NCBI GenBank assembly: GCA_964291295.2 | Contig: OZ219754.1 | Location: 768,001 to 832,000, forward strand | DNA: 64,000 nucleotides | Direction: 5' to 3' | Origin: an uncultured Candidatus Binatia bacterium | GTDB lineage: Bacteria > Desulfobacterota > Binatia > UBA9968 > JAJDTQ01 | Part shown: piece by piece, positions 49,062 through 59,221 of the stretch | Layout: the number at the start of each line of letters is the position of its first letter | Position numbering within the stretch: position 1 is the first letter of the stretch | Program-made: the position numbers and the translations under genes | Notes under the pieces: model-generated | The model's database searches: none | What the model was told of the DNA's origin: nothing | Seen by the model: only the letters and a program-made list of their open reading frames with translations

Positions 49062-50621
49062 TTGGAACCCATCGAGTTCGTGGACACGACATTGCGGGAT
49101 GGACACCAGAGCCTGTGGGCCGAGTCCATGCGCACGGGCATGATGCTGGCGGTGGGCGAGCGCATGGACCGGGCCGGCTTCAAGGGCATGGAGCTGATGT
49201 CGAGCTCCCACATCAAGAAATGCGTGCGGGAACTGCACGAAGACCCTTGGGAGCGCATACGGCTGGTGGCCGGACGCATCCGGGAAACGCCGTTGCGGGT
49301 CATCATCGGGGGCCGCAACGGCTTCGAGCTGACGCCGGAGTCCATCCAGCGGATCTTCCTGGAACGGATGGCGGCCAACGGCGTGCGCCAGGGGCGCATC
49401 TCCGACGAGTGGAACGATCCCGCGGGGTGGCGCCGGACCTTGCGCCTGGCCACGGCGGCGGGGCTTGAGCCGATCCTGAACATCATCTACTCGGTGTCGC
49501 CCAGGCACACCGATGTCTACTTCGCGGAGCGGGCCCGGCAGGCGGCCGCACTTCCGGTGGCGCGGCTGTGCCTCAAGGACCCCGGCGGCCTGCTGACGCC
49601 GGACCGCACCCGCGTGCTGGTGCCTCTCATCAAGGAGAACAGCGGCGGCCTGCCGCTGGAGTTCCACACCCATTGCACCACCGGTCTGGGACCGCTGTGC
49701 GCCCTGGAAGCCATCCGGCAGGGCATCCGCATCATCAACACCGCGCTGCCGCCGCTGGCCAACGGCTCGTCCAACCCGTCGCTGTTCAACGTCGCCGCCA
49801 ACGCCCGCAGCCTGGGCTTCGAGACCGCGGTGGACGAAGAGATGCTGCGGCCGGTGTCCGCGTACTTCACCGCGGTGGCGCGGCGGGAGGGGTTCCCCAT
49901 CGGCGCGCCGGTGGAATACGATTGCAACCAGTACCGGCATCAGGTACCGGGCGGCATGATCTCGAATCTGCGCCACCAGCTCGCCCGGGTGGGCCTCGGC
50001 GACCACATGGAGCGGGCGCTGGAGGAGGTGGTGCGGGTGCGCGAGGAGCTGGGCTACCCCATCATGGTGACGCCGCTGTCGCAGTTCGTGGGCAGCCAGG
50101 CGGCCATCAACATCATCGTCGGGGAGCGCTACGGGCAGGTCACCGACCAGGTGATCCTCTACGCGCTGGGGCGCTGGGGCCGGGAAGGCAGCGAAGGCAT
50201 GGACGCCGGCGTCAAGGACCGTATCCTGGCCTGCCCGCGGGCCCGGGAGCTGGCCGCGTGGGAACCGCCGGAGCCCACCCTCCGGGAACTGCGCGCCAAG
50301 TACGGCGGTGCCGGTGTCCCGGACGAGGAACTGCTGCTGCGCTATTTCCTGACCCGCGAGGAGATCGACACCATGCGCGCGGCCGGCCCGCCCCGGGACT
50401 ACCCCTTCGACAGGAATCGCGTGACGCGGCGGCTGGCGGGTTTCACGCGGCGGCGGGACTACGACGACATTCGCGTGCGCCGCGGGGGATTCGCCCTGCA
50501 TCTTTCACGGAACGCATCCTCCCGCGGAGGTGGGCGGCGTCCCGCAATTGACCCCAACGCTCCCCTCGACCATTCGGCGGCTACGATACCGGAGGAGGCA
50601 TCCGGAAGTGGCGGTGGATGA
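49062..50621 (+). CDS. Pyruvate/oxaloacetate carboxyltransferase (PycB/OadA-like) without a biotinyl domain
   Basis: DTTLRDGHQSLWA, LKDPGGLL, HTHC, HQVPGGMISNL, GYPIMVTPLSQFVG. Confidence 0.88.
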   Translation: MEPIEFVDTTLRDGHQSLWAESMRTGMMLAVGERMDRAGFKGMELMSSSHIKKCVRELHEDPWERIRLVAGRIRETPLRVIIGGRNGFELTPESIQRIFLERMAANGVRQGRISDEWNDPAGWRRTLRLATAAGLEPILNIIYSVSPRHTDVYFAERARQAAALPVARLCLKDPGGLLTPDRTRVLVPLIKENSGGLPLEFHTHCTTGLGPLCALEAIRQGIRIINTALPPLANGSSNPSLFNVAANARSLGFETAVDEEMLRPVSAYFTAVARREGFPIGAPVEYDCNQYRHQVPGGMISNLRHQLARVGLGDHMERALEEVVRVREELGYPIMVTPLSQFVGSQAAINIIVGERYGQVTDQVILYALGRWGREGSEGMDAGVKDRILACPRARELAAWEPPEPTLRELRAKYGGAGVPDEELLLRYFLTREEIDTMRAAGPPRDYPFDRNRVTRRLAGFTRRRDYDDIRVRRGGFALHLSRNASSRGGGRRPAIDPNAPLDHSAATIPEEASGSGGG

Positions 50622-51402
50622 AGTGCGCCAGCAGGGTGACGAAGAACAGCGCCACCGCCACCAGCACGATGGAGCCGCCGGAGGCAATGTCGAAAGTATA
50701 CGCCAGCACCAGACCCGCGGCGCCTGACAGCGATCCGATGGCGGCCGCCAGCAGCACCTGCCAGCGGAAGTTCGACGCCCAGAGCGCCGCGACGGCGGCG
50801 GGCACCACCAGCAGCGCCTGGATGAGCAACAGGCCCACGAGCCTCACGCCCAGGACCACGGTGAGGGCCAGCACCACCAGCAGCAGCACGTTGAGCCCCA
50901 GGACCTTGTGGCCGTAGGCCGCCGCCACCTCCTCGTCGAAAGCCACCAGCAGATGTTCCTTGAAGGTCAGCAGCATGACCGCCATGAGCACTGCGCTCAC
51001 GCAGCCGAGTGCCACCAGTTCCGCGGTGGAGATGGCCAGCACGTTGCCGAAGAGGTAACTGAAGAGGTCCTGCTGGTAGCCGCTCTTCATGCTGAAGAGA
51101 ACCACGCCCAGGGCCATGGAGCCGGAGAAGAAGACGCCGATGACCGTGTCTTCGCTGATCCTGTCGCTGCGGCTCACCAGCGCGATACCCAGCGCCACGG
51201 CAATGGCGAAAAAGGCCCCGGTCAGCAGGGGACTCCACCCCGCCAGGATGCCGATGGCCACCCCGCCGATGGCCGAGTGGGAAATTCCGACGCCGATGAA
51301 CGCCAGGCGGCGCTGCACCACGAAGAAACCCAGGACGCCGCACAGAAGCCCCACCAGGACCGCGGCCGCCAGGGCTCGCTGCATGAAGGCGAACTCGAAC
51401 AT
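50581..51402 (-). CDS. znuB: Zn/Mn ABC transporter permease
   Basis: FMQRAL, ISHSA, SYLFG, VGLLLI. Confidence 0.88.
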   Translation of the reverse strand: MFEFAFMQRALAAAVLVGLLCGVLGFFVVQRRLAFIGVGISHSAIGGVAIGILAGWSPLLTGAFFAIAVALGIALVSRSDRISEDTVIGVFFSGSMALGVVLFSMKSGYQQDLFSYLFGNVLAISTAELVALGCVSAVLMAVMLLTFKEHLLVAFDEEVAAAYGHKVLGLNVLLLVVLALTVVLGVRLVGLLLIQALLVVPAAVAALWASNFRWQVLLAAAIGSLSGAAGLVLAYTFDIASGGSIVLVAVALFFVTLLAHFIHRHFRMPPPVS

Positions 51403-51459
51403 CAGGAGATCTTCCCTCCCCGGCGGGGAGGAGAGTTTTCCCGGCCTGCGACCGGCGTG

Positions 51460-52245
51460 TCAACCCTCATGTGGATGGCCGGGCGCTTCGTGACGGGCGA
51501 GTTCGCCACCCAGGAAGTCGAACTCACAGCAGTAGGCTTCGCGAATGGCGTGGCTGTGGATCACATCCCTGGCGTTCCCGTGGATATGCATGCGCTGGTT
51601 GATGCAGATCAGCTCGTCGCTCTGCCCGGCCATGGCCACGAGGTCGTGGGACACCGCCACGATGGTCAGGGTGAGATCGCGAACAAGCCGGCGCAACAGC
51701 GCGTAGAATTCGTGCTCCGCGGGCAGGTCGAGGCCCACCGTGGGCTCGTCGAGCACCAGCAAGCGGGTGCTGGCGCACAGCGCCTGGGCCAGCATGACGC
51801 GGCGCTGCTCGCCGCCGGAAATCCGGCCCACGGGACGATCCCTGCGGTCCTGAATGCCCACCAGCGCCAGGCTTTCGTCCACCCGCTGCCAGTCCCTGCG
51901 TCCGGAGAAGCCCAACAGGCCAAGCTGCCGCAATCGCCCCATCAGCACCACGTCGCCGACGGTGGCCGGAAACTCGACGGGGATACTCTGGCGTTGCGGC
52001 ACGTAGCCGATGGTTTGCGAGCGCTTCCCGCCGGGGGGAGCGCCGAACACTTCGACGCGGCCGCTCACCACCGGCACGAGACCCATGATGGTGCGCAGGA
52101 GTGTCGTCTTGCCGGCGCCATTGGGTCCGACGATGCCCAGGAATCCGCCCTCGCGCACATCGAAGTTGATGTCGTGCAAGACGGAACGGCCGTCGAGTTC
52201 CACCGCCACGTCGCTCACGTGGACGGCGACCGGGTCTCCGTTCAA
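51460..52245 (-). CDS. znuC: Zn/Mn ABC transporter ATP-binding protein
   Basis: GPNGAGKT, GYVPQ, ISGGE, LDEPT, VSHD. Confidence 0.88.
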   Translation of the reverse strand: MNGDPVAVHVSDVAVELDGRSVLHDINFDVREGGFLGIVGPNGAGKTTLLRTIMGLVPVVSGRVEVFGAPPGGKRSQTIGYVPQRQSIPVEFPATVGDVVLMGRLRQLGLLGFSGRRDWQRVDESLALVGIQDRRDRPVGRISGGEQRRVMLAQALCASTRLLVLDEPTVGLDLPAEHEFYALLRRLVRDLTLTIVAVSHDLVAMAGQSDELICINQRMHIHGNARDVIHSHAIREAYCCEFDFLGGELARHEAPGHPHEG

Positions 52246-53402
52246 TTGCCCTTCCCCTTCATCGCCTGCCGGAAAGCGCGGGCGTTGAACAGCATCAACT
52301 CCTCGTAGGTGTCGCGCGCCGGGTCGCCGGGGTCGCCCAGCGGATCCACCATCACCGTTCCGGCGTCGAACTCCGCGGCGAGGGTCCGCGCCACCCGCGA
52401 ATCCAGTTGCGGCTCCACCAGTATGGCACCGACCCCCAGAGCGCGGGCGGAGCGCACGAGGTTGGCGACTTCCCGGGGGGTCGGCTCCTCGCCGGCGAAC
52501 TCCTGAACCACCGCGACCTTCTCCAGGCCGTAGCGTTCGGCGAAATAGGGCCACGCCGCGTGAAAGGCAATGTACCGGCGCGTCTTCGCCCTGTCCATCT
52601 CCGCTGCGATCCGCTGGTGCAGAGCCGTCAACCGCTCATGGAAGTCCTGCCGGCGCCTCTCGTACCAAGCCTTGCCGGCCGGATCCGCCGCCGTCAACCG
52701 CTCGACCAGTACCGGAACGACCGCGTCTCTCACACGGATGGGGTCCAGCCAGAAATGCGGGTCGAGCCCTTCGCCTTCCTCGCCGTGGTGCTCCTCCTTC
52801 CCGGCCATCTTCTCTTCACCGTGATCATGGTGCTCTTTCTCCGCCGCCACTTTATCGTCGTGGTGGTGATGGTGTTCTTTCTCCGCCTGGTGGTGGTGCT
52901 CCTTTTCCGCCACCTTCTCCTTGTGGTGGTGCTCGCCGTGATGCCCCTCACCGTGGTGGTGATCTTTCTCCGTCACCTTCGCTTCGTCGTGGTGATGCTC
53001 CTTCTCCGCCGCCGGCTCCTCGCCGTGGTGGTGGTCGTGGTGCTCGCCTTCAAGGGGTTTCAGATTCGGGGCCTCGATCAGACGCACGATCTCGATATCT
53101 TGGGAGGCCGCCCCGAGAAGCTGTTCGGACCAGGCATCAAGGCCTCCACCGACGACCACCAGTTGCCGCGCCCGAGCCAGTTTCCTCATGTCACTCGGTA
53201 CGGGCTCGAACGTATGGGGGCTCGCACCCGGCGGCACCAGCACGTCCACCTTGACCCGCTCGCCTGCCAACTCCTCAACGATATACGCCAACGGAATCAC
53301 GCTGGTGACGACGTTCAACGATGGCCCGCTGGCAAAGGCTGGCAGCACGCTGATCCAGCAGCTTGCCAAAGTCAGGACAAAAAAGCTCCACGGTCTTCTC
53401 AT
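52242..53402 (-). CDS. znuA: Zn/Mn ABC transporter substrate-binding protein with a long His-rich loop
   Basis: Signal peptide, PPGASPHTFEP, DPHFWLDP, FHAAWPYF; repeated EKEHHH units. Confidence 0.9.
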   Translation of the reverse strand: MRRPWSFFVLTLASCWISVLPAFASGPSLNVVTSVIPLAYIVEELAGERVKVDVLVPPGASPHTFEPVPSDMRKLARARQLVVVGGGLDAWSEQLLGAASQDIEIVRLIEAPNLKPLEGEHHDHHHGEEPAAEKEHHHDEAKVTEKDHHHGEGHHGEHHHKEKVAEKEHHHQAEKEHHHHHDDKVAAEKEHHDHGEEKMAGKEEHHGEEGEGLDPHFWLDPIRVRDAVVPVLVERLTAADPAGKAWYERRRQDFHERLTALHQRIAAEMDRAKTRRYIAFHAAWPYFAERYGLEKVAVVQEFAGEEPTPREVANLVRSARALGVGAILVEPQLDSRVARTLAAEFDAGTVMVDPLGDPGDPARDTYEELMLFNARAFRQAMKGKGN

Positions 53403-53456
53403 TGCATGCTCCTGTCGGTTCGGAAAAGAATCGTCGGTTCGAAATAGAATCAAATC

Positions 53457-53476
53457 ATTGAGAACAATATCTCAAT
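53457..53476. promoter_or_regulatory. Fur/Zur-family operator-like palindrome
   Basis: ATTGAGA-acaata-TCTCAAT in the AT-rich region upstream of znuA. Confidence 0.55.
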
Positions 53477-53544
53477 ATCATCTGATTCACAAGTGCATTG
53501 TCAACTTCGATTCCACCGGCGACCCGGGCGCCGTCCGAAGACCC

Positions 53545-54669
53545 TCAGCCGCCAGCCCGCGGGAAGGCGCTGTTGCGCAGCTTCCGCCCCTGGCGCCCGA
53601 AGCCCTTTCTGGCGAAACTCCGGAGCAACAGGAAAACCAGGGCCACCGCCGACAGCGCCTTGAGCGCGAACAGCGCGCCGGCACCCTGCCCAAGCTCGCC
53701 AAAGGAGACCACCCGGATGGCGTCGGCCAGGGTCGCATCCACCAGCAGGCCCGAGGCCAGGCTCACCACCACGATGGCGCCAAGGTAGACGCCGAGATGG
53801 CGGCGCCCCAGGAGCTGACCCACCACGGCCATGGTGGCAAGGTTGGTGGCCGGCCCCACCAGCAGGAACACCAGCGCCGCGCCCGGAGAGAGGCCCTTGG
53901 CCATGAGCGTGGCGGCGACGGGTGTGGAAGCACTGGCGCAGAGATACAATGGCAGACCCACCACGATCATGGCCAGCATGGGCACGAGTCCCGAGCCCCA
54001 GCCGAGCACCTCGCTGAAGAAGTCGTCGGGCAGAAGTCCCGCCAGGATCCCGGTCAGCAACAGGCCGGCGAAGAGCGACAGCGCGATGTCGTCCAGCACC
54101 AAGTTGAAGCCGTATTCCAGGGACCGAAAGAAACGGCGCGCCCGGGAGGTAGCCTCCACGGGCGCGCAGGTCTCACCGCACGCCTCGCCGTCCACGCCCT
54201 CGCACGCACAGGCGTCGTCGCAGCAAGCGTGGTCCGGCGGCGCACCGGCCGATTCCTCCCGGACGCCCATGGAGGCAATGCCGGCAACCAGCGCGGTCAC
54301 CACCGCCACCACGGGACGGACCACGGCCATGACCGGACCCATCAGCCCGTAGGTCAGCGCCACCGAATCCGGCCCGGTCTCGGGGGTCGAGATCAGGAAC
54401 GAAACCAGCGGCGCCCGGCCGGCCCCTTGCCGCTGGAAGGACGCCGCCGCCGGCAGGACGCCGCACGAGCACAGGGGTATCGGCGCACCGAAGAGCGCGG
54501 CGAGGGCCACCGAGCGCACGTCGTTCCGGCCCAGGTGGCGCCCGATGAGGTTCGCCGGCAGATACACGTACAGCAGTCCGGCGACGAAGAATCCGACCAG
54601 GAGATACACCGAGGCTTCGCAAAAGACCCCCAGGGTTTCCCGGGCGACAGCGCTCCACAGCGATTCCAC
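53545..54669 (-). CDS. SO_0444/DUF318-family (ArsP-like) metal permease
   Basis: GAPIPLCSCGVLP, FLISTPETG.DS, PLYLCASASTP, LLVGPATN; Cys-rich linker. Confidence 0.88.
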   Translation of the reverse strand: MESLWSAVARETLGVFCEASVYLLVGFFVAGLLYVYLPANLIGRHLGRNDVRSVALAALFGAPIPLCSCGVLPAAASFQRQGAGRAPLVSFLISTPETGPDSVALTYGLMGPVMAVVRPVVAVVTALVAGIASMGVREESAGAPPDHACCDDACACEGVDGEACGETCAPVEATSRARRFFRSLEYGFNLVLDDIALSLFAGLLLTGILAGLLPDDFFSEVLGWGSGLVPMLAMIVVGLPLYLCASASTPVAATLMAKGLSPGAALVFLLVGPATNLATMAVVGQLLGRRHLGVYLGAIVVVSLASGLLVDATLADAIRVVSFGELGQGAGALFALKALSAVALVFLLLRSFARKGFGRQGRKLRNSAFPRAGG

Positions 54670-54720
54670 GGCTCAGACCTCCCGCTCCGGCAGGTGACGC
54701 CATTGCGATGACCGGAGTCG

Positions 54721-55344
54721 CTAAGTCGACGGCGAGGTTTCGAGTGTTCTCAGATCCTTCAGCAGCACGTCGGGGTCGGGAGCGGAACCGAAATAGGCGA
54801 AGCGCATCACCCCCTCCGCGTCCGCCACCACGGTGAGGGTCGTATGCTCGATGAGTCCCCGGGCGAGCCGCCGCACGCTCACGCCGAAACCCTGCCACAC
54901 CCGACTCAGCTTCCGGGCCTCGCCGGTCAGCCACGACCAGTTGGGGGCATCGGCCTCGTGCCGCCGGCTGTAGGCCTTGAGCACCTCGGGCGTATCCACT
55001 TCCGGATCCGTGGTGATGGACAGGAAGCGGATGTCCCGGGCCTCCGCCGGGTTCATGTGATCCCGGACGATCTTGAGACTCGCCGTCAGCAGCGGACAGA
55101 CGTCCGGGCACGACGTGTACATGAAGTTGATGACCATCGGCTTGCCCCGGAGGCTTGCGAACTCCACTTGGCTGCCGTCCTGGTCGGTGAGAGTGAAGTT
55201 GTCGATGAGGACGTCCAGTTCGCGGCGCTCCGCGAACTCGACCTTGAGGATGGATTTGTGGGCCAACGCCTCCGTGCCCGCTGCGAGCACGAACGCCAGC
55301 GCCAGCGCGGCGGACCCGAGCGTTCCGAGGATGATCGACCTCAT
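54721..55344 (-). CDS. SCO family copper-binding protein
   Basis: FTLTDQDG, FMYTSCPDVCP (CxxxC), DPEVDTP, conserved His in IEHT. Confidence 0.88.
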   Translation of the reverse strand: MRSIILGTLGSAALALAFVLAAGTEALAHKSILKVEFAERRELDVLIDNFTLTDQDGSQVEFASLRGKPMVINFMYTSCPDVCPLLTASLKIVRDHMNPAEARDIRFLSITTDPEVDTPEVLKAYSRRHEADAPNWSWLTGEARKLSRVWQGFGVSVRRLARGLIEHTTLTVVADAEGVMRFAYFGSAPDPDVLLKDLRTLETSPST

Positions 55345-56774
55345 ACCCCCCATTTTCTGGCGACCTTTTCCTTGTACTGCGGCTCGAACGCGTTCACCGG
55401 CGGAAACCGGTCGATCCACTGGTACGGCCGGCAGGCGTCGATGAGCACGCGGTCGGTGACGTAGCCCCGGGTGTCCCGGTCCATGGGCGAGATGACCGGC
55501 TCGCACACCGAGGCCCACACGTTCTTCACGATATCGATGCCCTCGCGCGGGTCGCAGCGGGTGGACATGGCCCAGATCACCTCGCCGGGATTGGTGATGT
55601 CCACGTCGTCGTCCACCACCACCACCATCTTGCCGCCGTAGGCGCCGGCCCGGGCGCCCGCGGCCACCAGCAGCGCCTGCTTGGCATGGCCGGTGTAGCG
55701 CTGCTTGATGGAGATGACGGTGAACGGTCCCGGCTGGCCGCCGTAGACGAAGCCCCAGACGCCCTTCACGTCCGGAATCCCGGCCTTCTCCAGCTGTTCC
55801 CAGAGCGTGATGGCACCCAGGGGGATGGGCAGATAGCTGTTGGGCGGCCGCACGGGCGGTGCGCCGAGCATGATGGGATCGTCGCGGTAATAGACCCGCT
55901 TCACGGTCATGAGCGGGACGTCGCCCTCGGTGGCCTCGGTGTAGTAGCCCGGCCATTCGCCGAAGGGGCCTTCCTTGGGAAGCTGCTCCGGCGGCAGCGG
56001 CGGGATCTCGCCTTCCAGCACCACCTCGCCGTTGGCGGGGAGGGGCAGGCCGGTGACGGCGCCCCGGACCACCGGGATGGGGCTGCCCTGAATCCAGCCG
56101 GCGAACTCGTACTCGCTCACCGACGGCGGCAACGGCATCTGCGACGCCAGCATGACGCTGGGCTCCTGTCCCAGCGAGATGGCCACGGGCAGCGCCTCGC
56201 CCCGGGCATGGGCCCGCTCCATGGCCAGCCGCCCGTGCTTGCCCTTGTTCATCTTGACCGAGACCTTGTTCTTCTCCTGGACCATCACCCGATAAGTGCC
56301 GATGTTGATGCCGCCGGACTCCGGGTCTCTGGTGATGACGCCGCATCCGGTGCCGATGTAGCGGCCGCCGTCGAGGTCGTGCCACAGCGGCGTCGGAAAC
56401 CGGGTCAGGTCCACCTCGTCCTCGTCCATCTGGTTGTCGAACACCGGCCCGCCCTCCACCTGCTCGCAGGGCAGCGGCTGGAACTCCAGCGACCGCTTGC
56501 GCCAGGCGTGGAGAAAGCCCACCCCCTTGACGTCCGTGGGCAGCCCCATGGCCACCGCCGAACGCCGGCAGGTGCGAAACAGATTCGAGACGATGCGAAA
56601 CCCCTTGGGAAACCCGTCGAATCCGTCGAACAGCAGCGCCGACGACTCAATGTCGCCCATATGCTCCGTGAGCGCGCCCACGTCGGTGTCGAGGTCTGCG
56701 CCCTCGATGCGTTTCACCTCGCCCATGGCATCCAGGCGTTCGATGAAGCTCCGCATGTCGGTTACCGGCTGCAT
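55341..56774 (-). CDS. UbiD family decarboxylase
   Basis: DGGRYIGT, NIGTYR, EVVLEG, EGPFGEWPGYY, VVVDDDVD, IDACRPY. Confidence 0.92.
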   Translation of the reverse strand: MQPVTDMRSFIERLDAMGEVKRIEGADLDTDVGALTEHMGDIESSALLFDGFDGFPKGFRIVSNLFRTCRRSAVAMGLPTDVKGVGFLHAWRKRSLEFQPLPCEQVEGGPVFDNQMDEDEVDLTRFPTPLWHDLDGGRYIGTGCGVITRDPESGGINIGTYRVMVQEKNKVSVKMNKGKHGRLAMERAHARGEALPVAISLGQEPSVMLASQMPLPPSVSEYEFAGWIQGSPIPVVRGAVTGLPLPANGEVVLEGEIPPLPPEQLPKEGPFGEWPGYYTEATEGDVPLMTVKRVYYRDDPIMLGAPPVRPPNSYLPIPLGAITLWEQLEKAGIPDVKGVWGFVYGGQPGPFTVISIKQRYTGHAKQALLVAAGARAGAYGGKMVVVVDDDVDITNPGEVIWAMSTRCDPREGIDIVKNVWASVCEPVISPMDRDTRGYVTDRVLIDACRPYQWIDRFPPVNAFEPQYKEKVARKWGV

Positions 56775-57080
56775 TCCATTCTCCCTTCTCTCTCCTCCCG
56801 CTGGCCTCAAAGGGGCGCTGGCTCAGGGTGCCTCGGGTTCTCAGCGGCGCTTTCGGATTCGCGGCCCGTCCGACTGCGTCGAACCGGGATGGTCTCGTTG
56901 CGCGAGTCCCGTGCTTGATCTCCTTGCGTGACCTTTGGCGCATGCGCGACGCGACGATTCTCGCCGATTCCATTTGAGCCGTACCACAGTATGCGGAGGA
57001 TTTCGAATAGTTTTCGAGGAGTCCGGGCGCGCCGCCAACTCGGTTTGCGGCTCCATCGAGGCATCACCTATGGTGACGCC

Positions 57081-57950
57081 ATGGGCGGACTGATATGGGG
57101 CTTGTGCGGCGCCAGCCTGATCGGCGTTTCCGACTGCGTGGCGCGGGTGACGGCGAACCGTGTCTCCCTGTCCGTGATCATCACGGTTGTCATGGCCATC
57201 CCCTTTGCCGGCATGACGGTCTGGTTCGCGTTCACCGGCGGTTGGCCCGGCTGGGAGGCGTCGGGCTGGGGCGCCTCGGCCTTGTCCGGCCTTCTGAACG
57301 TGGCGGTGCTGGCGCTGCTGTTCCGAGCGCTCGCGCGGGGACCGGTAACGGTGGCGTCCCCCGCCGTGTCGAGCTTCTCGGTGATTCTCGTGGCGCTGAA
57401 CGTGCTGGCCGGCCAGCCCTTTCACCGGCTGCACGGGATCGCGGTGCTGACGGTCTTTATCGGCGTCGCCATGCTGGCCCGACCCGACCGGCCGGGAAAG
57501 GAGCGCTACGACCGCGTCTGGTTGCGCGTCACTGCGCTGCTGGGGCTTGGTGCGGCGGTGGCGACGGCGCTTCGCATGTTCTTCGCACAGGAGGCCGGCG
57601 CCGTGCTCGGCCCGTTTCCCGCGGTCTATCTGAACCGCCTCTTCGCCCTGGCCAGCGCACTGGGCTTCCTGACCCTGGAACGGCAGCGGCAAAGCCGGCT
57701 CTCCTGGCCCGACCGGACCACATGGCCGCTCGTCATCGCCCAGGCATTGCTGGAATCGGCGGCGCTGTTCGCCTTCCTGACCGGCTCCGCCAGCGGCGGG
57801 CGTGTCGCCGCGACCATCGGCTTCTCCGCCTTCTCCGCAGTCACGGCCTTCACCGCATGGCTGTGGCTCGGAGACCGGGTCGGACTCCGACGGCTGTTCT
57901 GGATGACCGTGGTCGCGATGGGCGTGGCGGTGGGTTCGTTGGGCAAGTGA
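57081..57950 (+). CDS. DMT/EamA family transporter
   Basis: About 10 TM segments, GPVTVASP, WLGDR. Confidence 0.8.
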   Translation: MGGLIWGLCGASLIGVSDCVARVTANRVSLSVIITVVMAIPFAGMTVWFAFTGGWPGWEASGWGASALSGLLNVAVLALLFRALARGPVTVASPAVSSFSVILVALNVLAGQPFHRLHGIAVLTVFIGVAMLARPDRPGKERYDRVWLRVTALLGLGAAVATALRMFFAQEAGAVLGPFPAVYLNRLFALASALGFLTLERQRQSRLSWPDRTTWPLVIAQALLESAALFAFLTGSASGGRVAATIGFSAFSAVTAFTAWLWLGDRVGLRRLFWMTVVAMGVAVGSLGK

Positions 57951-57961
57951 GGGCTCATCCC

Positions 57962-58955
57962 TATCCAGGCTTCACGCCGCCCGACCGGTGGAAGGCCGGG
58001 CGTCCGGCGCACTTGAAGCCGAAGGCGGCTGCGGGACAGCGGTATTTGAGTGTGCCGCAGACACCGCACCCGGCCTCGAACCCCTGGAACGCCATCGCAC
58101 GGACCTCGCCGGTCTGCGGGCAGACGCAGGACACCCGACCGCGCTCGTCATGAACGACGACGTCAGCGCGCTCGGGGAACAGCGGTCACGTGATCGGCCG
58201 GGCCGGGTCATGGCTCGGCTCCTGCTTCTCGACCCGCCACATGAGCCGCGTGTCGATCAGCGGGCGGATATGCCACCTGTCCTATAGCCGCGCCTTCATG
58301 CGGGCGTTGTCGAGACCGCGGTCGGCGCTGAAGTCGGCACAGCGCCCGGCCATCTCGGGCGCCCCGGCGAACAACTCCTCCAGCATCCCGGACAGCACCC
58401 TGGGTTCGGACGCCGATACCCGTGTCACCTCGAAAGCCACAGGGATCTCGTAGTCCGTGTCGGCGATCAGGTGCAGCCCGTAGCCGAACCACGACTTCAC
58501 CTTCTTCCAAGCCGCGCCGGTCTTCGCGTTCACCCCACTCGTCTCGTGCTTCCCCCAGTCGGCATCGGGGTCCGAGGTCTTCCCTCTGTCACCGGCAATC
58601 CGGCCCGTCGAGTGGCTCGCCACCGCCTTGCCGTCGTAGCCGAGATGGCGCCCGAACCCGGGCAGCTCCTCGAACAGCGAGGCGCGCAGGCGCCCGATCA
58701 TCCCCGACACAAGGCCCCACTTGTCCTCAAGCCGCACCACGCGCCCCAGGAACCGCGAGAAGTTCCAGGAGCCCGGCGCCGTCGAGCGCAACGGCGCCGG
58801 ATGCCTCACCGCGCGCCCCGCGCGAAGCGCCGTCAACGGCGCACCCTGCCATGGCAGCGCCTCGAGCCCGCAAACCTCCAAAAGCGCCGGGTTGCGGCCC
58901 AACTCCCGCAGAAGCGACTGCATCGAGGCGTGCTGGAACACGGTCCCCGCAATTA
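57962..58955 (-). pseudogene. DDE transposase pseudogene (IS4/IS5/IS1182-like)
   Basis: GYDGKA, SDPDADWG, WFGYGLHLIAD, ADRGLD; in-frame TAG at 58282 and TGA at ~58190, with a C-terminal Cys cluster continuing in frame; 5' end missing. Confidence 0.75.
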
Positions 58956-59030
58956 AGGAGTTCGCCGAGGCGGCTCTGCGGGATGTTGGCAATGCGGGCG
59001 AGCACGTCGGCGAGCGGGTCAACTCCAAGC
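58955..59030 (-). mobile_element. IS66 transposase C-terminal fragment
   Basis: GVDPLADVLARIANIPQSRLGELL resembles the IS66 TnpC C-terminal motif GvdP.aYL.DVL.RI..hp.sRl.ELLP. Confidence 0.55.
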
Positions 59031-59216
59031 GAAAGGGGCGTTGCGCTGCTCGAATTCGGCGCGGTAGCGGCGGATAATCTCGTGGGAGCCGGTCCCTTGG
59101 GGGTTGACCAGGAACAGGACCATAGCCGGGAAATCACTGGCGGCGGGCGCAGAGCGGAGGTCGTCGCGCCAACGGACCAGTCTGTCGTGGTCGTGCGCGT
59201 CGTAGCGGTAGGACAT
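59030..59216 (-). pseudogene. 3'-truncated hypothetical gene interrupted by IS remnants
   Basis: ATG 5 bp after the VOC gene stop, with GGAGG RBS; the reading frame runs into the IS66 fragment. Confidence 0.4.
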
Positions 59217-59221
59217 ATCGG

